The notes below the pieces were generated by a model that was given only the letters and a program-made list of their open reading frames with translations, searched no databases and was not told the DNA's origin. Shown one piece after another: positions 40,885-51,700 of a stretch of DNA of 64,000 nucleotides (position 1 is the first letter of the stretch; the number at the start of each line of letters is the position of its first letter). Source of the stretch: Antedon mediterranea (taxonomy: Eukaryota > Animalia > Echinodermata); the NCBI RefSeq assembly GCF_964355755.1, contig NC_092670.1, forward strand, positions 39,730,388 to 39,794,387. The letters run 5' to 3'. Position numbers and translations under genes: made by a program.

Positions 40885-42201
40885 GACTCGCTCATATGGA
40901 CATTCCAGGCATCAACTTTTTTCATGTGGGAATAGATGAGGTATCTACTGTGGAAAAAGAAATAAAGCCGAGATTCAGCCTCGCCCAGACCATCAAGGGT
41001 ACATTACAATACCATCGCTTTGTTCCTGTTTCTCTGGCACAGATGCAGGTCTACAAACTTAGTACCCAGATAAACCCTCCGGATGTGGTAGTGATTCAAG
41101 AATCTTTCAGTGATGAAAATTAAATTGTTGCTGATACACAACCCACCATTATTAGACTTCAGAATTTTGTGTGCTGTAGTATGATGATGTCTCATGGATT
41201 GGTTTGGTTGTGGATGTCTCAGAAGAGTTTGGGGATTATCAAATTAAATTGCATCCTCATGGGCCAGCGAAAACCTTTTATTAGCCGTCCAAAGAAGACT
41301 GTTGTTGGATTCCTGAATCAAATGTACATTGTATTATAGCCTCTCCGTTTATAAAATCCTCTTCGACTAGGAATTACAGTATTTCCCAAAATGATCGCCA
41401 CAACATTTCTAAATACTGTTTGAATTGGCCAGATGACAAGGAGTAAAGGCCAGACATAGACAATTGTAACATTATAATGATATTTAGTTTGTAAATAAAA
41501 TTATTTTTGGAATACATCAAATTGACATTGAAGTAATGCATGGACAGACACCAAAAATACACTAAAAGGAAGAGGTATGTCAACTTCAAATTGTAATTTC
41601 ATGGAAACAAAGAAAAAAACCCCTCCAATTTTTTTATATGTTGTAGTTGACACGTAGGGCTACATTTTTCGTGATGGTCACCAACAAATCGGCCGTGTTC
41701 CACGGGGTCAATTTCAAGGTCAAAATATATATCAAAGTTTTATTCAACTTAAAATTAACATAAAACACACACAATTAGTATATTTAGATTCCTTATGGTC
41801 TCCCCTTTACAAAAATACCTTTGTTTTTAAAATCGAACCTATAGTTCCCGAGATACAGCTCTTTGAAACGTGGCGGACGCGCCGTTTTTGCGTAAAAACC
41901 GAAAATTGAAATTGCGATATCTCGAAAACCATTGGTCCGATAAAGTTAAAATTTGAAATTTTGGCTTTAATTGCTATGAATCACCCATATACCAAATTTC
42001 ATCAAAATTGGAAGAGGTAGGGTTTAACTCATTGGGTGATCTGAGATGGAATGACCCGTAAAGACTAGATTCTAGAGTTCTGTACTGTTCTGTAATCATT
42101 CGTAATTATAATGTTTCAATCAAAGTTTTCTGTATAATATCTTTCAATGCAATAATGAATAATAAAGTTCAACTAAAATCAACTTCTTGTTTCATGTCTA
42201 T

Positions 42202-45200
42202 TTACAAGTCTAGTCTCTTTGGTGGGCGAATATTATTTCTTTTTGGATATCGACGTATGGGTGCAGTTTCTTGTGTAAGAGATGCGCTGCCAGTTGTAAC
42301 AGGTGTGTCGGCGTTAACATTTCGAGTAAGGTTATCTGATTGTGGAGCGTCTGTTGGATTTAGTATTTCTGGAACATGGTCATCCTGGGTGAATATTTCT
42401 GTAGGAGTGACATTCACCATAGTTGGGTGTAGTTGATCAGCATGACGCCTCCATACTGTTCCAAGTCCTGTGTCAACTGTGTAAGATAGTGGACCAGTTT
42501 TTCCTTGTATTTGAGCTGGTATCCATTTCTGGTTTGTGTTACGATAATCACGGACCATTACTGATTGTCCGGGTTGAAACTCTCGGATACTGGTTCCACA
42601 ATGTTTTGCAAACTTCATACGATCTTGACCTTTCAAGACAGTAGCTGTTAGATCCGGTTTCAAAAGATCCAAACGCGTTCGTAGATTGCGTCCGTAGAGT
42701 AATTTTGCAGGTGTTTCCTTGGTAAGTGTATGAGGAGTTGTTCTGTACTTAAACAGAAATGTACTCAGATGTTGCTGTAATGAACAACAACTGTTTCCTC
42801 TTGCTTGCTTAATGGCCAATTTAAACGTTTGCACAAATCTCTCTGCTAGGCCATTTGTTCTGGGGTGATATGGGGATGATGTGGTATGTCGAATACCATT
42901 TGCTTTCATGAAATCTGTAAATTCCTCCGACTTAAATTGAGGACCGTTGTCCGATACAATTTGTCTGGGAATACCATATTGGCTAAACATAATTCGCAAT
43001 TTCTCAATAGTCAGTTGTGCTGTAGTAGATCTCATTGGATAAACTTCTGGCCATTTGCTATGGGCGTCAACAACAATTAAAAACATAGAGTTCATGAATG
43101 GCCCTGCAAAATCTATATGTAAGCGATCCCATGGGGCAGATGGCCACTCCCAAGGGTGTACTGGTGCGGATTTTGGCATTTTGCTTGTTTGCTGGCAACC
43201 GATACAAGATTTACAAACTTGTTCAATTTCGCAATCAATGTTAGGCCACCAGATGTAAGAGCGAGCTAAGTTTTTCATCTTAACAATCCCAATGTGTCCA
43301 TCATGTATTTCATTAAGAATAGCAGCACGAAGTCTATCTGGAATTAGTACTCGATTTCCCCACATTAAACACCCTTGATGGCAAGTAAGTTCTGTAAGAC
43401 GGCGCTTGTAGGGTGTGTACGCTTCTTGGTCAGGAAGTTTGTTAGTCCCTTTTAAAACAGTATCTAATACGTGTGACAGAATCTGATCTTTCTGTGTTTC
43501 TTTCCGTATTTCTGTACTTGATATCGGCAACCTTTCAATCTGGGAGGTGTAGAATGTAGATGCCTCATCGACGTAATCAATCACATCTGTAGGTATAGGC
43601 AATCTACTCAATCCATCAGCATTCCCATGAGCGTGCGTGTTGCGATATTCGATATCATATGTATGTCCAGATAGGTAAAGGGCATATCTTTGTAGTCTTG
43701 CAGCAGTCATTGCTGGAATTGACTTTTGTGGATGCAAGATGCTTACTAGCGGCTTATGATCTGTCACCAAAGTAAAATGTCGGCCATGCAGGTAAGTATG
43801 AAACTTTTGTATTCCCCAATAAAGTCCTAATGCTTCCTTATCTATTTGGGCATAGCCCTTTTCAGCTTTTGTTAAGGAGCGAGAAGCAAATGCAATTGGT
43901 CTTTCCTTTCCGTCTGGCATAATATGTGAAAGAACGCTACCAAGGCCGTATGGCGATGCATCACAGGCTAGTTTAACTGTTAGTTCAGGATTATAGTGGC
44001 ATAGAACTTGGTCTGAAGTTATAAGTTCTTTGACCGCTTTAAAAGCTTCATCACATGAATTTGTCCATTTCCAAGTTTTTTCATTTTGTAAGAGTTCATT
44101 CAGGGGTGCGACTATGGACGATAAGTTTGGCAAAAACCTACGATAGTAATTTATTAAACCCAAGAATGATCGCATTTGCTGTTTGTTGTCAGGTTTTGGC
44201 GCATTGATAACTGCATGTATCTTGTCAGGGGATTTCTGTAACCCTTTTTCAGTTATCACATGACCACAGTATGTGATGTCCTCTTTGAAAAACTCACATT
44301 TCTCACGATTTACTCTTAAGTTGTATTTCTCTAATCTCTCTAAAACTGTGTCCAAGTTTTTTAAGTGTTCCTCAGTTGTTTTTCCGCTGATGATCATATC
44401 ATCCAATATGCAAGATGTAAAGGGTACATTTTGCAGTACCTGGTCCATCGCTCTTTGCCAGATTGCAGGAGCTGAGGCTACACCAAATGGAAGTCGGTTA
44501 TATCTAAATAACCCTTTATGCGTATTAATAGTTAACAGTTCCTTTGAAGTGTCTTCCACTTCCATCTGTAAATATGCTTGTTTAAGGTCAATTTTTGTAA
44601 ATTTCTGACCTCCTGCTAGAGATGCAAAGATATCTTCTATTTTAGGTAATGGGTACTGTTCTACTTTCATCACAGGATTAATTGTAACTTTAAAGTCACC
44701 ACAGATTCTAACTTGCCCTGACTTCTTCTGTACAGGTACAATGGGAGCTGCCCATTCGCTGTATTTCACAGGGCTAATAATCTCTTGATTTTGTAGTCGT
44801 CCAAGCTCTTTTTCGACCTTGTCCCTCATTGAATATGGGACATTTCTTGGCTTGTGGAACTGTGGTTTGCTGTTTTCAGTTATGTAGATACTAGCTTTAA
44901 TATTCTCCAGTTTCCCCAATTCATCTTTAAAAACAGCTTTATGTTTTTCTAAAATTTCATCCAGACCTTTAGTTGTTGCTTTTGCCTCATCAATGGCTTT
45001 TATTTCATGCCAATCTAATTTAAACTTCTTCAGCCAATCACGTCCGAATAAGGCTGGTCCGTTCAATGGAACGACCAATAACTCTGCAATTTCTTCATGA
45101 TTGTTAAGACACACTTTAGTATTTAGCATGCCTATTGGTACAATAGTCTCACCAGAATATGTTTTCAACCTAATTGTAGTTTTCTGTAATGGTAACGACT

Positions 45201-46179
45201 GGAATGCTTTCTTGTAGGTCAACTCTGGAATCAGTGATACTGATGATCCAGTGTCCAATTCCATAGGGATTTTCTTTCCATTTATAGATGCAACCACTAT
45301 AATTGGCTCCACTTTTGACTTATGATTTGCATATAGCATAGGTTCATAGTTGACTTCCTCTCCCTGTACATACTGTACATTCTTTTTAAGGTTACCAGTG
45401 TTAGGCTTTGACACATTATTGTCTTTCTTTTTCTTCATGCATACTTTTTCTAGATGTCCTTCCTTGGAACAGTAATTGCAAACAGTATGTATGTGCCTGC
45501 AGCGATCAGCTTTATGGCCTGTATTACCACATCTGTAACAGTGTGTAGATGCTTTACTTTGTTTATGACCTTGGTGTCTTTTAGATTGGTAATTTTTTGT
45601 AGTAAACTTATTTACATTGCTCTCACCTGTAGTATTTGGTGTCCTTGTTTTCTGAAATTCTGTAGCATCACGACTTGCTGTTTCCATAGCTACAGCGGTT
45701 TTAATTGCATCATCTAATTTAAGGTCATGAACCGCCAGTAAACGTTTCTGAATGTTCTCTTGACGCAACCCGCAGACGAAAATGTCTCGCAGTGTCGAGG
45801 TCAAAGTGTTTCCGAAATTGCAATGAATGGCTAACCTTCGTAGTTCAGCAATGTATGAAGCAATGCTTTCCCCGCTATGCTGTTCTCTTTTGTAGAACCG
45901 AAATCGTTCAGCGATTTCCGATGGCTTTGGGCAAAGATGTGTCGTGAGCTTTGTAATTAAATCTGCGTAAGACAGTGTCGCTGGTTTCTCCGGTGAACAC
46001 AAATTCTTTAGTAGCGTGTACGTTTTCGGTCCGATGAGTGCAAGCAATGCCGGTACCTTCCGATCATCATCGACCTTGTTGGCTACAAAATATTGATCTA
46101 ACCGTTCGGTATACGAATCCCAAGCTTCTAAAGATGAATCAAATTCTTCCACCTTTCCTATTATAACTGCCATGCTCAT
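42202..46179 (-). CDS. Gypsy gag-pol polyprotein (about 1325 aa), uninterrupted
   Basis: Two CCHC knuckles, protease LDTG, RT (LPFGV, CILDD), RNase H (CDASPYG) and integrase (HHCC, IDFAGP, SDNGPQF, NGLAER), in Gypsy domain order. Confidence 0.96.
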   Translation of the reverse strand: MSMAVIIGKVEEFDSSLEAWDSYTERLDQYFVANKVDDDRKVPALLALIGPKTYTLLKNLCSPEKPATLSYADLITKLTTHLCPKPSEIAERFRFYKREQHSGESIASYIAELRRLAIHCNFGNTLTSTLRDIFVCGLRQENIQKRLLAVHDLKLDDAIKTAVAMETASRDATEFQKTRTPNTTGESNVNKFTTKNYQSKRHQGHKQSKASTHCYRCGNTGHKADRCRHIHTVCNYCSKEGHLEKVCMKKKKDNNVSKPNTGNLKKNVQYVQGEEVNYEPMLYANHKSKVEPIIVVASINGKKIPMELDTGSSVSLIPELTYKKAFQSLPLQKTTIRLKTYSGETIVPIGMLNTKVCLNNHEEIAELLVVPLNGPALFGRDWLKKFKLDWHEIKAIDEAKATTKGLDEILEKHKAVFKDELGKLENIKASIYITENSKPQFHKPRNVPYSMRDKVEKELGRLQNQEIISPVKYSEWAAPIVPVQKKSGQVRICGDFKVTINPVMKVEQYPLPKIEDIFASLAGGQKFTKIDLKQAYLQMEVEDTSKELLTINTHKGLFRYNRLPFGVASAPAIWQRAMDQVLQNVPFTSCILDDMIISGKTTEEHLKNLDTVLERLEKYNLRVNREKCEFFKEDITYCGHVITEKGLQKSPDKIHAVINAPKPDNKQQMRSFLGLINYYRRFLPNLSSIVAPLNELLQNEKTWKWTNSCDEAFKAVKELITSDQVLCHYNPELTVKLACDASPYGLGSVLSHIMPDGKERPIAFASRSLTKAEKGYAQIDKEALGLYWGIQKFHTYLHGRHFTLVTDHKPLVSILHPQKSIPAMTAARLQRYALYLSGHTYDIEYRNTHAHGNADGLSRLPIPTDVIDYVDEASTFYTSQIERLPISSTEIRKETQKDQILSHVLDTVLKGTNKLPDQEAYTPYKRRLTELTCHQGCLMWGNRVLIPDRLRAAILNEIHDGHIGIVKMKNLARSYIWWPNIDCEIEQVCKSCIGCQQTSKMPKSAPVHPWEWPSAPWDRLHIDFAGPFMNSMFLIVVDAHSKWPEVYPMRSTTAQLTIEKLRIMFSQYGIPRQIVSDNGPQFKSEEFTDFMKANGIRHTTSSPYHPRTNGLAERFVQTFKLAIKQARGNSCCSLQQHLSTFLFKYRTTPHTLTKETPAKLLYGRNLRTRLDLLKPDLTATVLKGQDRMKFAKHCGTSIREFQPGQSVMVRDYRNTNQKWIPAQIQGKTGPLSYTVDTGLGTVWRRHADQLHPTMVNVTPTEIFTQDDHVPEILNPTDAPQSDNLTRNVNADTPVTTGSASLTQETAPIRRYPKRNNIRPPKRLDL

Positions 46180-48715
46180 CCTCGTCGCCAAAATTTATGT
46201 TGTATATAGTAAATTATAATGTAAAGTAAGGGCTCTAAACACAGCGTGTACAACTAAACATTTATTCAGAAGAGAGAGAACAATTATGGCACGCCAAAGG
46301 CGTCGTTACAACATGCATATATAACATTATTGATCGGACTAATTTTAAAAGTCAGATCACAGAGTTGTTGTTTTAAATACGTCTAACCACTCATTGCAAA
46401 ATATTCAATATACATTATACTATATGATTTAATGATGATTGACAGTTAATAAAAAAAATGTTCAAGTATATAATGTACGTTGAGCAGCATAAAACGTAGT
46501 AACAAAACGATCCAATACAGTAGAAAGATCGAGTTTTATTAGGAAATGTCAATCATGAACATTTACTACTTTATCTGATTGCACCTACTTATACCGGATC
46601 AAAATACAATGCAAACATTGCTGTATAAAATAAATTAAAAAGGAGGGTGATAAAAAGACTTACTTAATACTAGCATGGAGATATGTTCACTATAATATCT
46701 GTGTTATTAGCAATGAACATAATTGTGTCCCCAGCAAAATGATTGTACAATTTGTTGTTGAATATAGGACTACCATTTTAATGTCACATAGTATTTGTAA
46801 TTCACTTTGACAAAAAATTGGATCGAAAGAAAAAATTATTTACCTGAAACAACTGTAGGCCTAATTTAAATCAAACTTAGTCATATTGGTTACCAACCAA
46901 TGGGGTTTGGTTGAGTGGTAAAAAAAAACGTTGTCAAGCAAGCAAACTGGCAAAATAAAGTGAGTGTGGTAAATAAAAACAAAATTGAGAAAATTGAAAC
47001 ATAAATGATTGTCATTTTTATGCATGAATGTAACGATGAAGGCAATGTAGGGAAAATTTGAATTATTGTAAATGACCAAAACGATTGAAAACAATCTTTT
47101 AATTTACTGACGTAATTTAAAGATGTAGGCCTAGGCTTAGAAATGAAAATATAGCTTAAAATAGGCCATTTTGCAGTTTTAATCAAGTTACTCACGTCTT
47201 TCTCAGTTTTATTCAATTATTTCACTTATAAACAAACAAAGAAAACGTTTAATTTTAACCAAAAACCATTGTCTTACAGACAATTTAGGTAAGCCTATAT
47301 TTTGCTTTAAATTACATTTTTTCAGTGAATTTTGTTTTCGATCCTGTTTTTGACCAAGTAAAAGTGAATAACTATTATGCGACATTAAAATGGCATATTA
47401 AAAAAAACAGAAAAAAAACTAAAATATTTTTTTAGGAGAAAATATTATTATGTTTAAATATAAATGTTTAAATAATCAGTACTTTACATACACCATGGAC
47501 CTATAAATTAGATTTATATGTCCATGCATACACACAGAAAAGCCAGCGGCGATTTTTGCAAGCAAAGCGAGCAAAACTCGTTATCAAATTCTTTCACAGT
47601 CACGTGATAGGGGTCTGGTTTCACTTTGAGCCCAGCAGTGAAAACCAACGGTTGAGTTGACGAAAACAAAGCAGCAGAATTTGGCAAAATGGAATAAAAC
47701 AACTTGATTTTAATTGTTATTGAATGGTTCTTCATTTAAAAACTTAAGTTAGGTTACGTTGAGGTAAGTTAATACTTAATCATATTATGTATTCCAAAGA
47801 ATTTGAAGATATTGTTGATGTTGTTCTATGTTTGTTTGGCGTGGTGGATGCGTGAAGTTGGGAAGATGTTTATCCTCTGCTGCATCATCGTCTTATACCG
47901 GAAGTGACATAATGCACTGTAGGCCTGCTGTATTTACATAATAATATGAATCTTATTTTCATGACAGAAATGGTTGAAACTTTAATTTAGGAATATTAAC
48001 TGTGTTGTTAGCAATATATCTATCAAGATATCTAACATTGGTAGATCTGGCAAAAAAAACTATGTAAATATTATTAAATGTTGAAATGAATACTTTCTGT
48101 TGAACTGTTGTTGTTGTTTTGTTTGATAATAGACTATAGTATAATATGCTGTAGATATCTTTATTTTTCATTTGTTTATTGGATCGAATGCTACCAATAA
48201 GTATTATTATACAATCATTAATAACAATATTGTAAATGTAATTACAACATTCAATGTGAATTCATCATTCCTAATACTTAGGGTATATTTTGTTTATTTC
48301 AACAGATCAAACAAATGAAAGAAGAGAAATCACATCAGAACAAGAAAGAAACTTTTGCTTGTACTTTGAAATTAAGATAATACAGTACAGTACAGTACAG
48401 TAGTATATGAGAAGTAAATGACCAATAGCATTGGTTGGTTGATTTGCCTTTGTTTATATTTGCTGGTCTTGCTTCAAAGTTATTCCCAATTCTCACAGTT
48501 CACCGAACACTGGATAAAAACGATTAAGGAAGATAGTGATTTATGGAAAACGATATATTTAAATATTGGAAATATGTAAAAATTGAAATAGTAGAATTTT
48601 AAAAATGCAGAAACATTAGTTCAGTACAATTTAAAATAAAAAACAAAGAATAGTTTTGAAGAGTCCGGTTTGGTCATTTACATTGAACTTGTAAGTGACG
48701 TATACATTGTTCATA

Positions 48716-51700
48716 ATGGAAGTTTCTTTAAATATGTCTGCTTTGTTGTTATTTTCACTTCTTCAACTAGTATCTATCACTTCATCTTTAAATATATCAC
48801 TATTCAATGAAGGACGTTGTAGTAAGACGGTTTCTAAATGTATCCCAGTTGAAGTACCGGATTGTTTGGGCAACTCTATTGGATTCTCGCACACATCCCT
48901 CGTTTTAGCCAATGACTCATCAAGTCAGGATGACATCCAGAAGCGTCTAAACCAATGGAAGGCCATCCAGTATGTTCCCAGATGCTGGGAAGTCATTCAG
49001 CCATTGCTCTGTTCAGTTTATCTTCCAAAGTGTGTGAATGGAACTGTGGAATTGCCAAGTATGGATATGTGCACCGTCACTAGACTGCCATGCAAAGTTG
49101 TGGAAACTCAGCAAGGTTGGCCAGACTTTCTGAAATGTAAAACTGATAATTTTCCTGAAAGTTGTTCTGTAAGTTGACTTTGAAACATTTTATTTCAAAA
49201 TGACTGTTGTACCATGAATCAATGAGGCCTTTTGTTCATTGATACTGTAATTATTTTATATTTTAATATGTTTTTCCATTTCTTGTTTTATAGAATTCAT
49301 ACAAAGAACTGACTTTTAACAGTAGTGGTAAATGTGAACCTCCATTGGTAGCGACAGAAAACGAAAAAAGTTGGTACGAGGGTGTAGATGGTTGCGGAAT
49401 ACAATGTCAGAATCCTCTTTATTCTGAAAAGCAACACCAGAGTATGCATACATTCATAGCTGTGTTTGCATCCATTTGTGCCATCTGTACATTCTTTACT
49501 CTTGTAAGTACAAAAGCTGACGGTCTCTCAATGGCATCAAACAACAACCCCACTCCCCCTTTTTTTTTCCTGAATTGCTCTTTTTAAACCAGAGACTAGC
49601 AGCATGTTTTTTTTTTCTAGGTGACATTCTTTGCAGACTGGAAGAATTCCAGCAAGTATCCAGCATTGATTCTCTTCTATATGAATGGTTGTTTCTTTGT
49701 GGGTAGCATTGGTTGGTTAGCGCAGTTCTCAAATGGCGGTAGAGAGGATATTGTCTGCAGAAAAGATGGAACAATGAGGCAATCTGAACCCAGGTAAACA
49801 TTTGTTTTTTTCTGCTTATAGAGTAATCTGTACATATACTTTCTTCATACCTCGGCATTGGAATGGTAGCTAGTGGTTAACATGCTTGCCTTGTAATCCT
49901 GTTTAATCCTGTTAGGATTGTGATTCATGATTCTTTCTACTCCACTAAGCCTCAAATGAGATTTAGTTTCTAAGCACTAGAAAGTATGGTTTGTCCATCC
50001 TGTAATTTGGCAAGTGTCTCTAGTCTTAGTATGAAAATTATTTATGGCATGTAATTTAAAATAATGGTTACAGTAATTAGAAACACCATTAAATGTTATC
50101 TTTCAGCGAGGGTGAGAACCTTTCTTGTGTCATTATCTTCATCATAGTGTACTACTTCCTCATGGCTGGTGTAATCTGGTTCGTCATGTTGGCATTCGCT
50201 TGGCATATCTCCTTCAAGGCACTTGGAACTCCGGTAGATGCTTTGCATGGAAAGACCTCATATTTTCATCTTTTTTCTTGGAGTATACCTTTCTTTTTGG
50301 TGGTTGTCATCATGGCATTTAATCAGGTTTGTATTTTATTAATTGTTGCTGAAACCAGGGAGAGGTGAAACTAAAAGAACTATCAGCATATACAGTTATG
50401 AAACCATACTTTTATCAAGTGATATTTTAAAGTTAAATTGATTAATTTACAAGAAGTAAGCTGGATATACAGTAGTATTAACTGTTTATATTTAATAATT
50501 TAATGTTGAATTAAAATATTACCTCAAACCATACATTTTATTTTTATAGATTGATGGTGATTCTCTCTCTGGTATTTGTTTCGTTGGTTATAAGAATTTG
50601 AGCTACAGAGCAATATTCCTATTGGCACCAATTGGTATTGCTCTTTTTATCGGTGCATTCTTTCTAATAAATGGTATGTAAATCGACAATAACACTTATT
50701 ATTATAACTTTGTCATTTCAATTTGTTGGCACAGACATGCTGTTATTAAGTTGATACCTACATCAATACATTTTAACACATCCAATAGTAAGTAAATTAA
50801 CATGCAGATTGAATGAGAACAGTACTAAACCCATGTCTTGCATTTGGTGGTGGTTTAAAATAAAATTGAGTTAACCTCTGGATAAATTGAATGGCAAGCC
50901 CCTGAGGCCTCTGGTTTAGGAACCCTAAGTGGCCCTCCAACGCTGGAGGCCTTGGGCATTTTTATCCCTTTTCGACATATTTTAATGTATATCTTTTCCT
51001 GAGCACTGCTGGGGGGCCTCTGTGTTTAGCCAGTGAGCGCTCAGCCGTTATGCCACTGAAGTTAATAGATGCACATTGTGTTTAACATGTTTATTTGTGC
51101 TTTGAAGGTTTAATGACACTATGTGGTTTGCAGCGCGGAGGTCAAAGTTTACTAAATGAGAAAGCTGCAGCAAGAATTTCGAGAACAATTGTGAGAATTG
51201 GTAAGATTTATTTTTATTGTATGTATGTTTTAAAGTTGCCAAATCTTGATGCATTCAGAAAATAGAAATAACAATTTTAAAATGTTACAGCCATTAAATG
51301 TGTTTTTACTGTAACTGTTTATTAAACCTTAAAAAAACATATTTCTTTTGATAGTGTTATGAATCTTGTGTATTTGAATTAGGTGTGTTTGCGGTTTTGG
51401 CATTTACGTTTATCTTTATGAGTTTTGCGTGTCATCTTTATGAGTTCACCAATCACAAAGCTTGGGAGAAAGGATTTAGAGATTTCATGGTGTAAGTAAA
51501 TTTATACTTGTTGTCACCTTGTTTAAAAATCTGGTTAGCATGCGATAGGCTTGGGTTCGAGCCTATCTGTACCTTACTGATTACAGTACAGCCTTAGGCA
51601 AGATACTTTACTCTCGCCTTTGGATGGGATGTAAAGCTGTTGTTCATGCGTACATCTAGTGAACGTTAAAGAAGCAGGGGATCATCTCTCGGTGTGCTTA

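Larger units (their letters stand above)
38490..41446 (+). pseudogene. Disrupted DDE transposase remnant of the Sola2-like element (about 38490-38830 plus 40894-41446)
   Basis: VHYFTDGCGS*YKNKYNF...WNFFATSHGKSACDGIGGTVKR...MFDYC|DMDIPGINFF; rejoins in frame across the insertions; contains internal stops and frameshifts. Confidence 0.8.
37781..42057 (+). mobile_element. Long-TIR DNA transposon, probably Sola2, defective, inserted in the Gypsy 3' UTR
   Basis: About 520-bp TIRs (37781 to ~38300 and ~41549-42057), GGG..CCC termini, 4-bp TSD GTAA. Confidence 0.85.
37623..46326 (-). mobile_element. Full-length Ty3/Gypsy LTR retrotransposon (Mag-like)
   Basis: Two identical 129-bp TG..CA LTRs (37623-37751 and 46198-46326), 5-bp TSD TTATT, PBS TGGCGACGAG at about 46181-46190, PPT GGTAGGGAGGATG next to the 3' LTR. 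Confidence 0.97.
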
